Shown: positions 18,311 to 28,900 of the stretch, in pieces
Position numbering within the stretch: position 1 is the first letter of the stretch
Layout: each line of letters begins with the position of its first letter
Assembly: GCA_945871035.1 (NCBI GenBank)
Contig: CAMBUD010000007.1
Coordinates: 1,530-65,529 of the forward strand
Reading direction: 5' to 3'
From: Planctomicrobium piriforme
Lineage (GTDB): Bacteria; Planctomycetota; Planctomycetia; Pirellulales; UBA1268
DNA length: 64,000 bases
Notes under the pieces: generated by a model
Database searches by the model: none
What the model was told of the DNA's origin: nothing
What the model saw: the letters and a program-made list of their open reading frames with translations, nothing else
Translations under genes and position numbers: made by a program

Positions 18311-19096
18311 TCAATCGGTGACAGCCGCCACTAATTGGCCCACATACTCTTCGATTTCTCGCACCACATCGCAGCGAGGTTGCGTTGTAAATGCTGCCAA
18401 ATGACGTACCACAGCCGAGCCAACAATCACGCCATCAGCGACCTCTGCCACCGCCCGTGCCTGCTCCGGACTATTGATGCCAAAGCCCACAAGAATTGGC
18501 ACATCTGTCTTTGTGCGAAGCCATTTGACCCGTTCGACTAAGCCGGTGGGCAAAGCGGTACGTTCACCCGTGACACCCGCTACCGCCACGCAGTACAGAA
18601 ATCCCGAAGCCTTTCGGGCAATGGCCTCGGCTCGTTCGGGAGACGTGGTCGGGGTCACCAGTCGTACCAGCGCCACTCCAATTTCGCGACAGGCCGCATC
18701 CAGTGGATCGGATTCTTCGATCGGCAGATCGGGCACTACCAGCCCCACCAATCCGGCCGCAGCGGCATCTGTTACAAATCGTTCAATACCACGGCGAAAA
18801 ATAAGTGAGTAGCTCGTCATTGCCAGCAGTGGCATTTGCACTCGTTGGGTTGCCTGCTTGGCCAAGCTAAACAAACCATCAAGCGTCATACCAGCAGCAA
18901 GGGCACGGGTGTAGGATGACTGAATCACGGGGCCATCGGCGATCGGATCACTGTATGGCACACCCAGTTCGCAAAGCGATGCTCCCGCCCGATCGATTGC
19001 TTCCAACACCTCAAGCGTTGTCTCGATGTTGGGATCCCCTGCCGTAACAAAAGGTGCCAGAGCCTTGCGGCTCAGTTGTTTGTTGGCTCTGAACAT
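18311..19096 (-). CDS. trpA: Tryptophan synthase alpha chain
   Basis: ALAPFVTAGDP, ELGVPYSDPIADGPVIQ and VGFGI. ATG 19096 (MFRANKQ) is preferred over GTG 19120. Confidence 0.9.
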   Translation of the reverse strand: MFRANKQLSRKALAPFVTAGDPNIETTLEVLEAIDRAGASLCELGVPYSDPIADGPVIQSSYTRALAAGMTLDGLFSLAKQATQRVQMPLLAMTSYSLIFRRGIERFVTDAAAAGLVGLVVPDLPIEESDPLDAACREIGVALVRLVTPTTSPERAEAIARKASGFLYCVAVAGVTGERTALPTGLVERVKWLRTKTDVPILVGFGINSPEQARAVAEVADGVIVGSAVVRHLAAFTTQPRCDVVREIEEYVGQLVAAVTD

Positions 19097-19177
19097 TGCT
19101 TCAAGTGACACCGTTTGCACCCATGTGAATCCTTTCGTATTTCTCAGTAAAATAATGACATCTGCAATGCATAAGAA

Positions 19178-20416
19178 TTAGTCAGCTATTTCGCTGTTCG
19201 TCAAACCCCGCAAGCGTGCAATCTCGGCAGCGTCCTTATCGCCGCGCCCCGATAAGCAGACAACAAGAATTTCATCTTGCGATCGTAAAGCGGCCTCTTT
19301 AACAGCCCAGGCGAGGGCGTGCGACGTTTCAAGTGCCGGCAGAATACCTTCTCTACGGGCGACAAGATCAAACGCGTCGAGCGCTTCGCCGTCCGTCACG
19401 CTTTTGTATTGCACTCGACCGGCATCACGCCAGTAACTGTGCTCGGGGCCAACACCTGGATAATCGAGGCCAGCCGAAACAGAGTGCACGTCCGAGGTTT
19501 GTCCATCTTCATTTTGCAGCACATAACTGAGGCTGCCATGCAGGATACCGGGACGACCGAAACTGAGACTTGCCGCATTATCACCGGCCTTATCCGAACG
19601 ACCTCCCGCCTCAACTCCAACCAACTGCACCTCTGGACTATCTACAAGTGGATAAAATATACCGGCGGCATTGCTGCCACCACCGACACAGGCGACCACT
19701 GTGTCGGGCAGTCGACCAAACTGTCGTAGGCACTGCTGTCGTGTCTCTTGACCAATCACAGATTGGAAGTCGCGCACAATCCGCGGAAAGGGATGAGGCC
19801 CCACGACTGATCCGATGATGTAGTGCGTGGTTTCAACCGAGCCCATCCAATCGCGCATTGCGTCATTTATAGCATCCCGCAGCGTGCGCGATCCGCTGGT
19901 AACCGGCCGCACTTCGGCCCCCATGAGTCGCATGCTGCGTACATTAGACGCTTGGCGACGCACATCTTCCTCACCCATATAAATAATGCATTCCAAGCCG
20001 AACCGCGCGCATGCAGTTGCTGTAGCCACACCGTGCTGCCCAGCACCTGTTTCGGCAATGATTCTCTGTTTACCCATGCGCTGTGCAAGCAGACCTTGCC
20101 CGAGCGTGTTGTTGATCTTGTGGGCGCCGGTATGGCTGAGATCTTCACGCTTTAAATAAATCTGGGCACCTCCCGCATAGGCGGTGAGACGTTCCGCAAA
20201 CAGGAGCGGCGTCGGTCTGCCGACAAATGCCGCGAGCAGGGAGTCCAGCTTGGCCGAAAAACTCGGATCCGCTTGCGCGTCTTCGTATGCCCGCTCAAGC
20301 TGATCCAGGGCTGCCGAAAGGGTCTCCGGAACATAACGACCACCATAACGACCGAATCGTCCCAGGGCATCCGGTACGTTGGAGATCGCTGTTGGCGTAA
20401 CTTGTGGGCTGGGCAT
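19178..20416 (-). CDS. trpB: Tryptophan synthase beta chain
   Basis: HTGAHKINN (PLP-Lys), [11 protein letters not shown] and GGGSNAAG. Confidence 0.95.
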   Translation of the reverse strand: MPSPQVTPTAISNVPDALGRFGRYGGRYVPETLSAALDQLERAYEDAQADPSFSAKLDSLLAAFVGRPTPLLFAERLTAYAGGAQIYLKREDLSHTGAHKINNTLGQGLLAQRMGKQRIIAETGAGQHGVATATACARFGLECIIYMGEEDVRRQASNVRSMRLMGAEVRPVTSGSRTLRDAINDAMRDWMGSVETTHYIIGSVVGPHPFPRIVRDFQSVIGQETRQQCLRQFGRLPDTVVACVGGGSNAAGIFYPLVDSPEVQLVGVEAGGRSDKAGDNAASLSFGRPGILHGSLSYVLQNEDGQTSDVHSVSAGLDYPGVGPEHSYWRDAGRVQYKSVTDGEALDAFDLVARREGILPALETSHALAWAVKEAALRSQDEILVVCLSGRGDKDAAEIARLRGLTNSEIAD

Positions 20417-20564
20417 CAGAAAGTTTCCGCAGGAAAAGGGGATAATAACGGAAGCAAATCACTGCACGCGTCAAATCGCTAATGGATTGTAGCCTGTCAC
20501 CGCACTGCTACCATCGCAGGAGCGTGCCGAAAGAGGTTCTTTTCTTTTTCATACGATACCACCG

Positions 20565-21479
20565 ATGCCAGAACTCCCCGAAGTTGAGACGATGCGACGC
20601 GGAATTGCGTCTATCGTAGGGCGGCGCATTGCGTTGGCCACTTTTCCGAAAAAGACCCGTCAAACGATTACCATAACCCCACGTCCCAGAACGCTTGCAG
20701 GCAAACTGGTAGGTCGCTTCATTGTGGCGGTGCACCGCTTCGGAAAACGCATTGCCATTGAATTCGACGGCACGCCTAACTGTGGCAAGCAGTTTCAGCC
20801 GCACTGGCTGGTAATCGAACCACGCATGACCGGACTCTTACTGCTTGCCGAGCCTCCTACTCCCCAACACGTGCGTCTGGATATTCGCTTGTCGCAACCG
20901 CGCCAGCAAGCAGGGCCACACGTTGCGGCACCAACGGCTACAGGGCGGCCGTCGAAGCGAGACTCACAGCTTGTGTTCTGGGATCGCCGAGGTTTGGGTA
21001 CAGTGCGATTCGTTGACAAGCGGGGGCTCCTTGCCGCCTGCGGTCCGGATCGACTCGGCCCCGATGCACTTAGCATTACTGGCCGAGACTTTGTCGCGCG
21101 GCTGGGACGATCGAGCCGTGCCGTTAAAGTTGCTTTGCTTGATCAAAAAGCTGTCGCAGGGATCGGCAATATCTATGCTGCTGAAATTCTCTTTCATGCT
21201 GGAGTCGATCCCCGTACACCATGCCGCCTGCTGACAGTCGATCGTTGGAAACGCATCGCCAGCGTCACGAGACATCTCCTTGCCAAGGCCATCCAATGCG
21301 AAGGTTCAACGATTGGTGACGGCACGTATCGAACAGCCGACAACCGCTCGGGGCAGTTCCAGCTTTATCATCGGGTGTACGGTCAAAAGGGAATGCCGTG
21401 CCATGCCTGCAACGGCCCAATAGAACGGATTGTACAGGCTCAACGATCAACATTTTTTTGTCCTCGCTGTCAGTGGTAG
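20565..21479 (+). CDS. mutM: Formamidopyrimidine-DNA glycosylase
   Basis: N-terminal MPELPEVET and C-terminal zinc finger CHACNGPIERIVQAQRSTFFCPRCQ. Confidence 0.9.
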   Translation: MPELPEVETMRRGIASIVGRRIALATFPKKTRQTITITPRPRTLAGKLVGRFIVAVHRFGKRIAIEFDGTPNCGKQFQPHWLVIEPRMTGLLLLAEPPTPQHVRLDIRLSQPRQQAGPHVAAPTATGRPSKRDSQLVFWDRRGLGTVRFVDKRGLLAACGPDRLGPDALSITGRDFVARLGRSSRAVKVALLDQKAVAGIGNIYAAEILFHAGVDPRTPCRLLTVDRWKRIASVTRHLLAKAIQCEGSTIGDGTYRTADNRSGQFQLYHRVYGQKGMPCHACNGPIERIVQAQRSTFFCPRCQW

Positions 21480-21536
21480 CCACAGCGCGAATGGCGTATC
21501 ATCTGGTAGAAGCGTTCTCATCAAAAAGGTGAAAAT

Positions 21537-22568
21537 ATGCATAAACCGTTCATTGGTCTTTCGCGAAGGGACTTTCTTGCCCAAGCAGCAACAACTGCCG
21601 GCGTTCTCACGCTTTCCGGACTGCCACCAAGCACGTCTCTGGCCGAGACACCCCTGCCGCTGACTGTGGAAAAAAAGAGTTCTGAAACATTGGCCCAACT
21701 GTTGCACGCATCGCTTTCACCAAAGCAACGCGAGGCCGTCTGTGTGCCCTGGGACCATATTCATCCCAAGTTTGGTCTGCTGCGGACTCGCGTAGCGAAT
21801 AACTGGAATGCCACCGAGCCGGATGTGGCCAGTAACTTTTTTACAAAAGATCAGCAGCAACTTATTCGTGATATTTTTGAACATCTCATTGAGCCCGAGT
21901 GGCATCAGCGATTCGATAAACAGCTTGAGGATGATACTGGTGGATTCGGCCATGCGCAGTCCATTGCTTTGATCGGTGAGCCTGGTTCTGGGGCGTTCCA
22001 GTTTTTACTGACAGGCCGTCACATGACACTGCGATGCGATGGCGACTCCTCTGCGCATGTTGCTTTTGGAGGACCAATCTTTTATGGCCACGATGCCGGT
22101 GGCTTTAATGAAGGGCCCGATCACAGCGGCAACGTTTTCTGGTCGCAGGCGACGGCGGCCAATGGTGTCTATAAAATGCTCGACGGACGGCAGCGAGGCA
22201 TGGCGCTTGTCAACAAGCTTCCTCGTGAAAACGCAATCGCTTTTCGGGGCAAGAGTGTCGATATTCCTGGTATTCCACTAACGGAACTTTCGGCTGATCA
22301 GCGTGCTGAGATGGGTCGTGTGCTCGGCCTCTTGCTGGAGCCGTTTCGCACATCAGACCGCGAGAAGGCGAGACAGTGCCTGACGCTACAAGGTGGCCTA
22401 GAGGCTTGTCGTCTAACGTTTTACCGGGAAGGAGATCTTGGTAACGATGGCGTCTGGGATTGTTGGCGACTCGAGGGCCCATCGCTAGTCTGGCATTACC
22501 GCGGCGCACCGCACGTGCACGTTTGGGTCAACATTGCTGATTCCCCAGATATTGCAACGAACGCTTAA
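21537..22568 (+). CDS. Tat-exported DUF3500-like protein
   Basis: Twin-arginine signal SRRDFLAQAATTAG. Two His-rich half-repeats (LLTGRHMTLRCDG..FGGPIFYGHD; LVWHYRGAPHVHVWVNI) resemble DUF3500. Confidence 0.45.
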   Translation: MHKPFIGLSRRDFLAQAATTAGVLTLSGLPPSTSLAETPLPLTVEKKSSETLAQLLHASLSPKQREAVCVPWDHIHPKFGLLRTRVANNWNATEPDVASNFFTKDQQQLIRDIFEHLIEPEWHQRFDKQLEDDTGGFGHAQSIALIGEPGSGAFQFLLTGRHMTLRCDGDSSAHVAFGGPIFYGHDAGGFNEGPDHSGNVFWSQATAANGVYKMLDGRQRGMALVNKLPRENAIAFRGKSVDIPGIPLTELSADQRAEMGRVLGLLLEPFRTSDREKARQCLTLQGGLEACRLTFYREGDLGNDGVWDCWRLEGPSLVWHYRGAPHVHVWVNIADSPDIATNA

Positions 22569-22602
22569 GCATTCTGAGTGTTTTGACTTTTTTAATTGCA
22601 CC

Positions 22603-23853
22603 ATGACTGACTGCTGCATCATTGGTGGAGGGATTATCGGGCTGTCCATTGCCCGCGAACTGGCCGGACGTGGGTTGTCGGTTCGCGTGCTCACACGGGA
22701 TAGGCAGCGCAGCACAGCCTCGTGGGCCGCCGCCGGCATCTTTCCGCCGACTAGGCAGGGCCAAGGCTGCTCCGCTGGCGATATTCTTACTCACTATAGC
22801 GACACACTGCACCAGCACTGGGCTCGTGAGCTTCGAGAAGAAACTGGGATCGATAATGGTCTGCACGCTTGCGGTGGCCTCCATTTGGGCTGGGATCTGC
22901 GAGCGATGGATCGGCTTCATGAGGAGTCGCTGGAGTGGCTGCGCAAGGGCGCCCGCTGCGAATTGCTCGACGCAAAGGGAGTCGTCGCGTGCGAACAATC
23001 GCTTGCCTTTGCGGTATCGCAAGGAACGATTGTCGGTGGCTATTTGCTGCCGGATGAGATGCAACTGCGACCCCCGCGACACCTTGAAGCGTTGCTGCAG
23101 TCGTGTTATTTACGCGGCGTCAAGATCGACTACGACGTGGAGGTTGATCGCTTTGCTATCCAAGAAGATCGCATCGACGGTGTTCTTATAAAGAGTGCCT
23201 CGGCCAACAGTCTGTCGACTGCTGGCGCTTCGTCGAATAGCGAAACGGTTCGTGCCGCTTTCTACTGCCTTGCAGCAGGCGCTTGGTCGGGCCACCTTGC
23301 AGAAAGTCTTGGCCTCACAATCCAGACGCGCCCCATCCGTGGTCAGATCTTACTGCTAGGTCTTTCCAAGCAAATACTCACTCGCATCGTGAACATGGGG
23401 CTTGAGTATCTCGTGCCCCGCACGGATGGCCGTCTTCTTGTCGGATCAACAATTGAAGACGCCGGCTTTGACACTACGACAACGCAGCCGGCCATCGGTC
23501 GCCTCATGTCGTTTGCCAACAGTCTGCTTGGTGAGCTGCCAGGTGCAACGCTTGAGCAGGCATGGGCTGGGCTGCGTCCTGGCTCTGCCGATGGCTTACC
23601 GTATATGGGACGATCTCCAGCCTACAGGAATGCCTTTGTATCGGCAGGGCATTTTCGTGCTGGGCTACACCAATCGACAGGCAGCGCTGTGTTGCTGGCC
23701 GATTTGATAACGGGTCAGCAACCGTTTATTGATCCGATTCCCTTTGAGCCTTCACGCGTAATCACGGCTGAAATCGCAATGCTGTCCATGCCATCCATGC
23801 CAACCATGCCATCCATGAGCTCTGCAACGCCCCGCGATGCCATTGATGCCTGA
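22603..23853 (+). CDS. thiO: FAD-dependent glycine oxidase (DAO family)
   Basis: Dinucleotide fold DCCIIGGGIIGLSIARELAGRG, plus ASWAAAGIFPP, LRPGSADGLPYMG and AGHFRAGLHQSTGSAVLLADLI. The C-terminal tail carries the Met-Pro-Ser/Thr repeat. Confidence 0.65.
   Translation: MTDCCIIGGGIIGLSIARELAGRGLSVRVLTRDRQRSTASWAAAGIFPPTRQGQGCSAGDILTHYSDTLHQHWARELREETGIDNGLHACGGLHLGWDLRAMDRLHEESLEWLRKGARCELLDAKGVVACEQSLAFAVSQGTIVGGYLLPDEMQLRPPRHLEALLQSCYLRGVKIDYDVEVDRFAIQEDRIDGVLIKSASANSLSTAGASSNSETVRAAFYCLAAGAWSGHLAESLGLTIQTRPIRGQILLLGLSKQILTRIVNMGLEYLVPRTDGRLLVGSTIEDAGFDTTTTQPAIGRLMSFANSLLGELPGATLEQAWAGLRPGSADGLPYMGRSPAYRNAFVSAGHFRAGLHQSTGSAVLLADLITGQQPFIDPIPFEPSRVITAEIAMLSMPSMPTMPSMSSATPRDAIDA
23779..23817 (+). 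repeat. Tandem 9-nt repeat (ATGCYNWCC, about 4.3 copies) encoding MLSMPSMPTMPSM
   Basis: Read directly: atgctgtcc atgccatcc atgccaacc atgccatcc atg. Confidence 0.9.
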
Positions 23854-23893
23854 TGAGATCGTCCTGCATGCAAGAGCGTTTAACGTATCGCTC

Positions 23894-24559
23894 TCAGGCA
23901 GCGGCAAGGCTCAGCCGCCGATGAAGCGTTTCAATGTCATCCGGTACAAGCACGTGATGAGCATCAGCTGCGGTAAGCATGGCAGCCAATTCGGCCAAAC
24001 GGATCACCACCGCTGGAATACCAGCGGCGATCTCATGAATTCTGCAAGCCACCGCATCGCGGTCATCAGAAGACCCGGCTGCGGCGATCGATGCAGCTAC
24101 CAGTAGTTTGGAATCATCGAGTGAAAACGGGGGCAGTGTTGCCCGCAGCGGCATGAGTTGCTCCAAACGGTTGTCACGAGATGCCAGTGACAGCAAGCGT
24201 CCTTCGCCTGCCAAAACAATGCTTGTAGTCGGATGCCTGCGACGGCAGTTTTCAATCAAGACACTCACGTTACCGTCGGCTGCGAGATGAGCATCGTCCA
24301 CCAGAAGAATATCGGCTGGCAGCCACCCGACAGGTTGCGCAATAGACTGCTCAAATAACTCTGCAAAACAACTCTGACTGATCGAACGCGTCTGCAGGTG
24401 CTTAGCCTGCGCTATGTGAGCCAAAACTGTTGTCTTTCCAACTCCTGCTGGCCCGCACAGGAGCACAAGCCCGCGCGCTTTTTCGAGGGCATAGGCAGCA
24501 CGCGCCACTGCAGCCTGCTGGACAAGAGTCAGTCGTAGTGCATGTTCGGCAGCAGCCAT
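23894..24559 (-). CDS. Short AAA/P-loop ATPase, ExeA/GspA/MshM-like
   Basis: Walker A LLCGPAGVGKTTVLAHI and Walker B ILLVDDAHL. 221 aa, with no peptidoglycan-binding or TM region. Confidence 0.6.
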   Translation of the reverse strand: MAAAEHALRLTLVQQAAVARAAYALEKARGLVLLCGPAGVGKTTVLAHIAQAKHLQTRSISQSCFAELFEQSIAQPVGWLPADILLVDDAHLAADGNVSVLIENCRRRHPTTSIVLAGEGRLLSLASRDNRLEQLMPLRATLPPFSLDDSKLLVAASIAAAGSSDDRDAVACRIHEIAAGIPAVVIRLAELAAMLTAADAHHVLVPDDIETLHRRLSLAAA

Positions 24560-24574
24560 CGTATTGAACTCTTT

Positions 24575-25228
24575 TTACTCAACCAGGGTCGCTGGCGCAA
24601 ATGTGAGCACTTCACCGAGGAGTTTTAGCCCGATCGCCTCGATCGCTTCACCGTAGACTTTACAGCAAGTGCGATCAGCACGGCGCACCAGAAGAACGGC
24701 GTCACACCCTAGGCTTTTCTGCTGCAAAACCTGGCGCCGCACTGGTCCTCTCGTAAACCAGACTCCTGCATCCACAATGACGACACTTTCACTCGAATCG
24801 TACTCACGGTCGCTGGATTCAATATGCATGGCATCCGAGACTCGTTTCACTCGCACCACTCGGTGCCCTCGCGATTGGAGTGTGCGGGCAATGCCCTGAA
24901 CGAGCATGGTTCTACCTTCGCATGGTTGCGTACCGACTACCGCAAATACACGGCAACCGTCGGCGTAGGCTGCTTCAACACAGGTAGCTATCGCCTGCCA
25001 CTCGCAAGGTGATTCTAAGAGCAGTCGTTCGAGCAGATTCCCTTCGGGATCGGCTGGGGCATCGACTGCCAAAGCAATCGCCGCAGGGGACTCCTCACGG
25101 GATTCTGTGACAGCTTGAATGACTGCAATGCACGGCGACTCTGATGCCGAAATTGCCACGGAAACCGATAGGGCAGAATCTTCGCAGCATCGCTGCACGA
25201 ACGCCTGATCGAGCCTATCGAGAATCAT
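24575..25228 (-). CDS. BY-kinase/ParA-MinD-like P-loop protein with degenerate Walker A
   Basis: VFAVVGTQPCEGRTMLVQGIARTLQSRGHRVV (Walker A Lys replaced by Arg), VVIVDAG and CDAVLLVRRADRT...LLGEVLT. No C-terminal Tyr cluster. Confidence 0.5.
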   Translation of the reverse strand: MILDRLDQAFVQRCCEDSALSVSVAISASESPCIAVIQAVTESREESPAAIALAVDAPADPEGNLLERLLLESPCEWQAIATCVEAAYADGCRVFAVVGTQPCEGRTMLVQGIARTLQSRGHRVVRVKRVSDAMHIESSDREYDSSESVVIVDAGVWFTRGPVRRQVLQQKSLGCDAVLLVRRADRTCCKVYGEAIEAIGLKLLGEVLTFAPATLVE

Positions 25229-25665
25229 GGCGTTGACACTCGTGACTGTTCCTCATGCAAACGCCATTCTTGAGCCAGTCGCTCGGGTCGCTGATCGTTC
25301 ATCATGATTCGACTAACCTGCCTGTCATTCCACCAGACAGCAGCCCAACAAGCTGCGGCAATGAATGAAAGCACAACTACTGAGGGGAGTGGGAATCGAC
25401 TACTACAAGTAGCCTGTCGAACCGCTTGTCGATTCACTGTCAACCAGGTGAAACGCGTAGACGGTGGCATAATTATGACGGCCTGTTTTTCATTTTCCAA
25501 AGAACTCAAGGGTTCCTGATTCAGAACAATCACGTCTGTAAGCACGCAAGATGCATGCGTTAGAGTCAATTGTTCCTTTGGTTCACTCGTCCCCAACGGA
25601 TTGACTGTTTTTACAGCCAATGATTCAAGCGGTGGCAGATAGGGAATGCGCGCTAGAGTCTTCAT
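25225..25665 (-). CDS. Single-pass membrane protein, unknown function
   Basis: One TM helix (LPSVVVLSFIAAACWAAVWW). Its stop overlaps the next gene's start as ATGA at 25225-25228. Confidence 0.45.
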   Translation of the reverse strand: MKTLARIPYLPPLESLAVKTVNPLGTSEPKEQLTLTHASCVLTDVIVLNQEPLSSLENEKQAVIIMPPSTRFTWLTVNRQAVRQATCSSRFPLPSVVVLSFIAAACWAAVWWNDRQVSRIMMNDQRPERLAQEWRLHEEQSRVSTP

Positions 25666-25778
25666 GAACCGGTCTTATTTGGTTGCAGCACCTGCGGCCT
25701 GTCATAACCTCCCGCCTCGACCTTATTAATCGTCTGGTATTGACGATCGTCTTGAGTGCGAAAAACCGGTTAAAATAG

Positions 25779-25820
25779 AGAGCTTTGGCGACAGGCGTTC
25801 TATTCGAGAAAGCTCTTTTC
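25779..25820 (+). promoter_or_regulatory. Terminator-like hairpin in the metH 5' leader (possible attenuator or riboswitch platform)
   Basis: AGAGCTTT (25779-25786) pairs with AAAGCTCT (25809-25816) across a 22-nt loop containing GGCGACAGGCG, followed by TTTC. It lies about 105 nt upstream of the metH ATG. Confidence 0.3.
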
Positions 25821-25922
25821 GCAGTATGCCCCAACCGCCTAGTTGCCTATCATATCTGGGCTTATGGTTTGTCAAGAATGGCAGGCCGCGTTTTCTGAAG
25901 ACCCTTTTTTATAAGATTGCTG

Positions 25923-28900
25923 ATGCGCACACAGCCTCGATCCACTCGCCTTGAGTCACTCTCTGTTCTTCTGGCTAATCGCATTGCTGTTCTGGATGGG
26001 GCAATGGGAACAATGGTTCATGCGTTGGAGCTCGACGAAAAAGGTTTTCGTGGTGAGCGATTCCGCGGTCATTCCAAAGATCTCAAAAACTGTATTGATA
26101 TCCTGACACTCACGCAGGGGCAAGCAATCCAGGGCATTCACACGGCCTATCTCGATGCCGGTGCTGATATTGTTGAAACCAATACATTTGGGGCAACATC
26201 GTTAGCGCTGGCCGACTTTGGCCTTTCTGAACATGTACGCGAGTTGAATGTAACTGCAGCTCGCTTGGCAGGCGAAGCAGCGGATGCGGCAACACTCAAA
26301 ACACCCGATCGGCCACGATTTGTGGCCGGATCGATTGGCCCGACAAATAAGCAGCTTTCGATTGCCGGTAATGTGTCTGACCCGGGCCATCGCGACGTGA
26401 CATTCGATCAGATGGTGGCTACCTATCGAGAACAGGTAGAAGCATTACTGGAGGGGGATGTCGATATTCTTCTTGCCGAAACGGCGTTCGACACGCTCGT
26501 GCTTAAGAGTTGCCTCTATGCCATTGAAGAAGTATTTCAAGAAAAAGGCATCCGCATCCCAGTGATGGCATCTTTTACGGTCTTTGAAGGCGGTCGCACA
26601 CTTTCTGCACAGACAGTCGAAGCCTGCTGGACAAGCATCGCACACGCCGACCTTTTAAGCGTAGGGATTAATTGTGCACTGGGACCGGAAAAACTCCGCA
26701 CCCACCTGGCAGATCTTTCGCGAATCGCAACGCTACCGACTAGCTGTTATCCCAATGCCGGATTACCTAATGCGCTTGGCGGTTTTGATGAAACACCGGA
26801 AATGATGGGGCATGTACTCGGGCAATTCGCTGCCGATGGCCTGCTCAACATTGTGGGTGGCTGCTGCGGATCGACCCCAGCTCATATTCGTGCGATTGCC
26901 CAAGCCGTTTCTCACCATGCTCCACGGGTGCCTACAGCCCTTCAAACCCGCTCGCGCTACTCGGGGCTAGAGCTACTCGAAATCCGTCCGGAGAGCAGCT
27001 TTACCATTATTGGTGAGCGAACCAATGTCACCGGTTCCCGAGCGTTTGCCCGTCTGATTAAAGAAGATCGCTTTGAAGAAGCTGTGCGTGTTGCCCGGCA
27101 ACAGGTTGAAAATGGCGCCAATATCATCGACATCAATGTCGATGAAGGGATGCTCGATGGCCCAGCCGTGATGACAAAATTTCTGACGCTCATTTCCAGT
27201 GAGCCAGATGTCTCACGGGTACCAATCATGGTCGATAGTTCTCGCTGGAGCGTGCTAGAGGCAGGGCTTAAATGCCTGCAAGGAAAAGGAATTGTTAATT
27301 CCATCAGCCTCAAAGAGGGTGAAAAAGAGTTTCTGCGGCAAGCACGCCTCGTCAGACGCTACGGTGCAGCTGTTGTTGTGATGGCATTCGACGAAGAGGG
27401 GCAGGCAACTGAAACCGATCGCAAGGTCTCAATTTGCCAACGAGCCTACAAGCTGTTGACAGAACAGGTTGGTTTTCCTCCTGAGGACATCATCTTTGAT
27501 CCCAACATTCTCACGGTTGCAACAGGAATAGAGGAGCACAATCGCTACGCCATCAACTTCATCGAGGCCACTCGACGGATAAAAGAAGCAATGCCGCTGG
27601 TTAAGGTATCGGGTGGAGTGAGTAACATCTCTTTTTCGTTCCGCGGCAACGACACCGTGCGCGAGGCCATGCATGCGGCGTTTCTCTACCATGCGATCAA
27701 GGCCGGCATGGATATGGGCATTGTCAACGCTGGCCAGCTCGCAATTTACGAAGAAATCGAGCCTCCCTTTTTAGAGCGCATCGAAGATGTCCTCTTTGAT
27801 CGCCGGGCCGACGCCACGGACCGTTTAATCGAATATGCCGAGAGTGTGAAAAAACGTGATCCAGCCGACACTGCCAAACAAAATACTTGGCGGAGCCTTG
27901 ATGTCCAATCACGACTCTCGCATGCGCTCGTTAAGGGACTTGCTGACGACGTTGAGGCCGATGTTGAGGAAGCTCGCGCCCACTACTCTACAAGCATTGA
28001 AATCATCGAAGGGCCTCTGATGAAGGGGATGCAGATTGTGGGCGACCTGTTTGGCAAGGGCAAAATGTTTTTACCACAGGTGGTCAAGAGCGCTCGAGTG
28101 ATGAAGCGTGCAGTTGCCCACTTGCTGCCGTACATGGAGGCCGAAAAAGCTGCCTCGGGACAAAAACAGAGCAGCCGAGGCCGCATACTTATGGCAACAG
28201 TCAAGGGTGATGTGCACGACATCGGCAAGAACATCGTTGGAGTGGTTTTGGGCTGCAATGGGTATGAAGTGATTGATTTAGGGGTGATGATCTCGTCAGC
28301 AAAGATTGTGGCCGCTGCTCGCGAGCACAGCGTTGATGTTGTCGGCCTGAGTGGCCTGATCACACCAAGTCTCGATGAGATGGTGCACGTTGCCGAGGAG
28401 TTTGAGCGTGAACAGATCACCGTGCCAATCATGATCGGTGGCGCGACAACCTCTGCCCGACACACTGCCGTTAAGATTGCTCCGAAGTATTCCGGAGATA
28501 TCGTGCATGTTCTCGATGCTTCGCGGGCTGCTGGCGTCGTTGAAAAGCTTATCAATCCCACGCTGCGTGAAAGTTTCTCTTTGCTAAACCGTGCGGATCA
28601 GCAGCAGCAGGTTGATCGCTTTAAATTGAGGCAGCAGACAACGCTTGTCTCCTATGAAGTCGCAAAGAAGAATCACTGGAAAACCGACTGGGTTACCACC
28701 CCGATTGACACCCCCGAGTTTCTTGGCATCCGGACGTTGGAAAACGTGCCTCTCACAGAACTCATACCGCTCATCGACTGGTCGCCGTTTTTTATGGCCT
28801 GGGAATTACGCGGAAAGTATCCGGCAATTCTCACTGATTCCGTCGTAGGCACCGAAGCGTCGTCGCTCTTTGCTGATGCCACTAAAATGCTTGACGAGAT

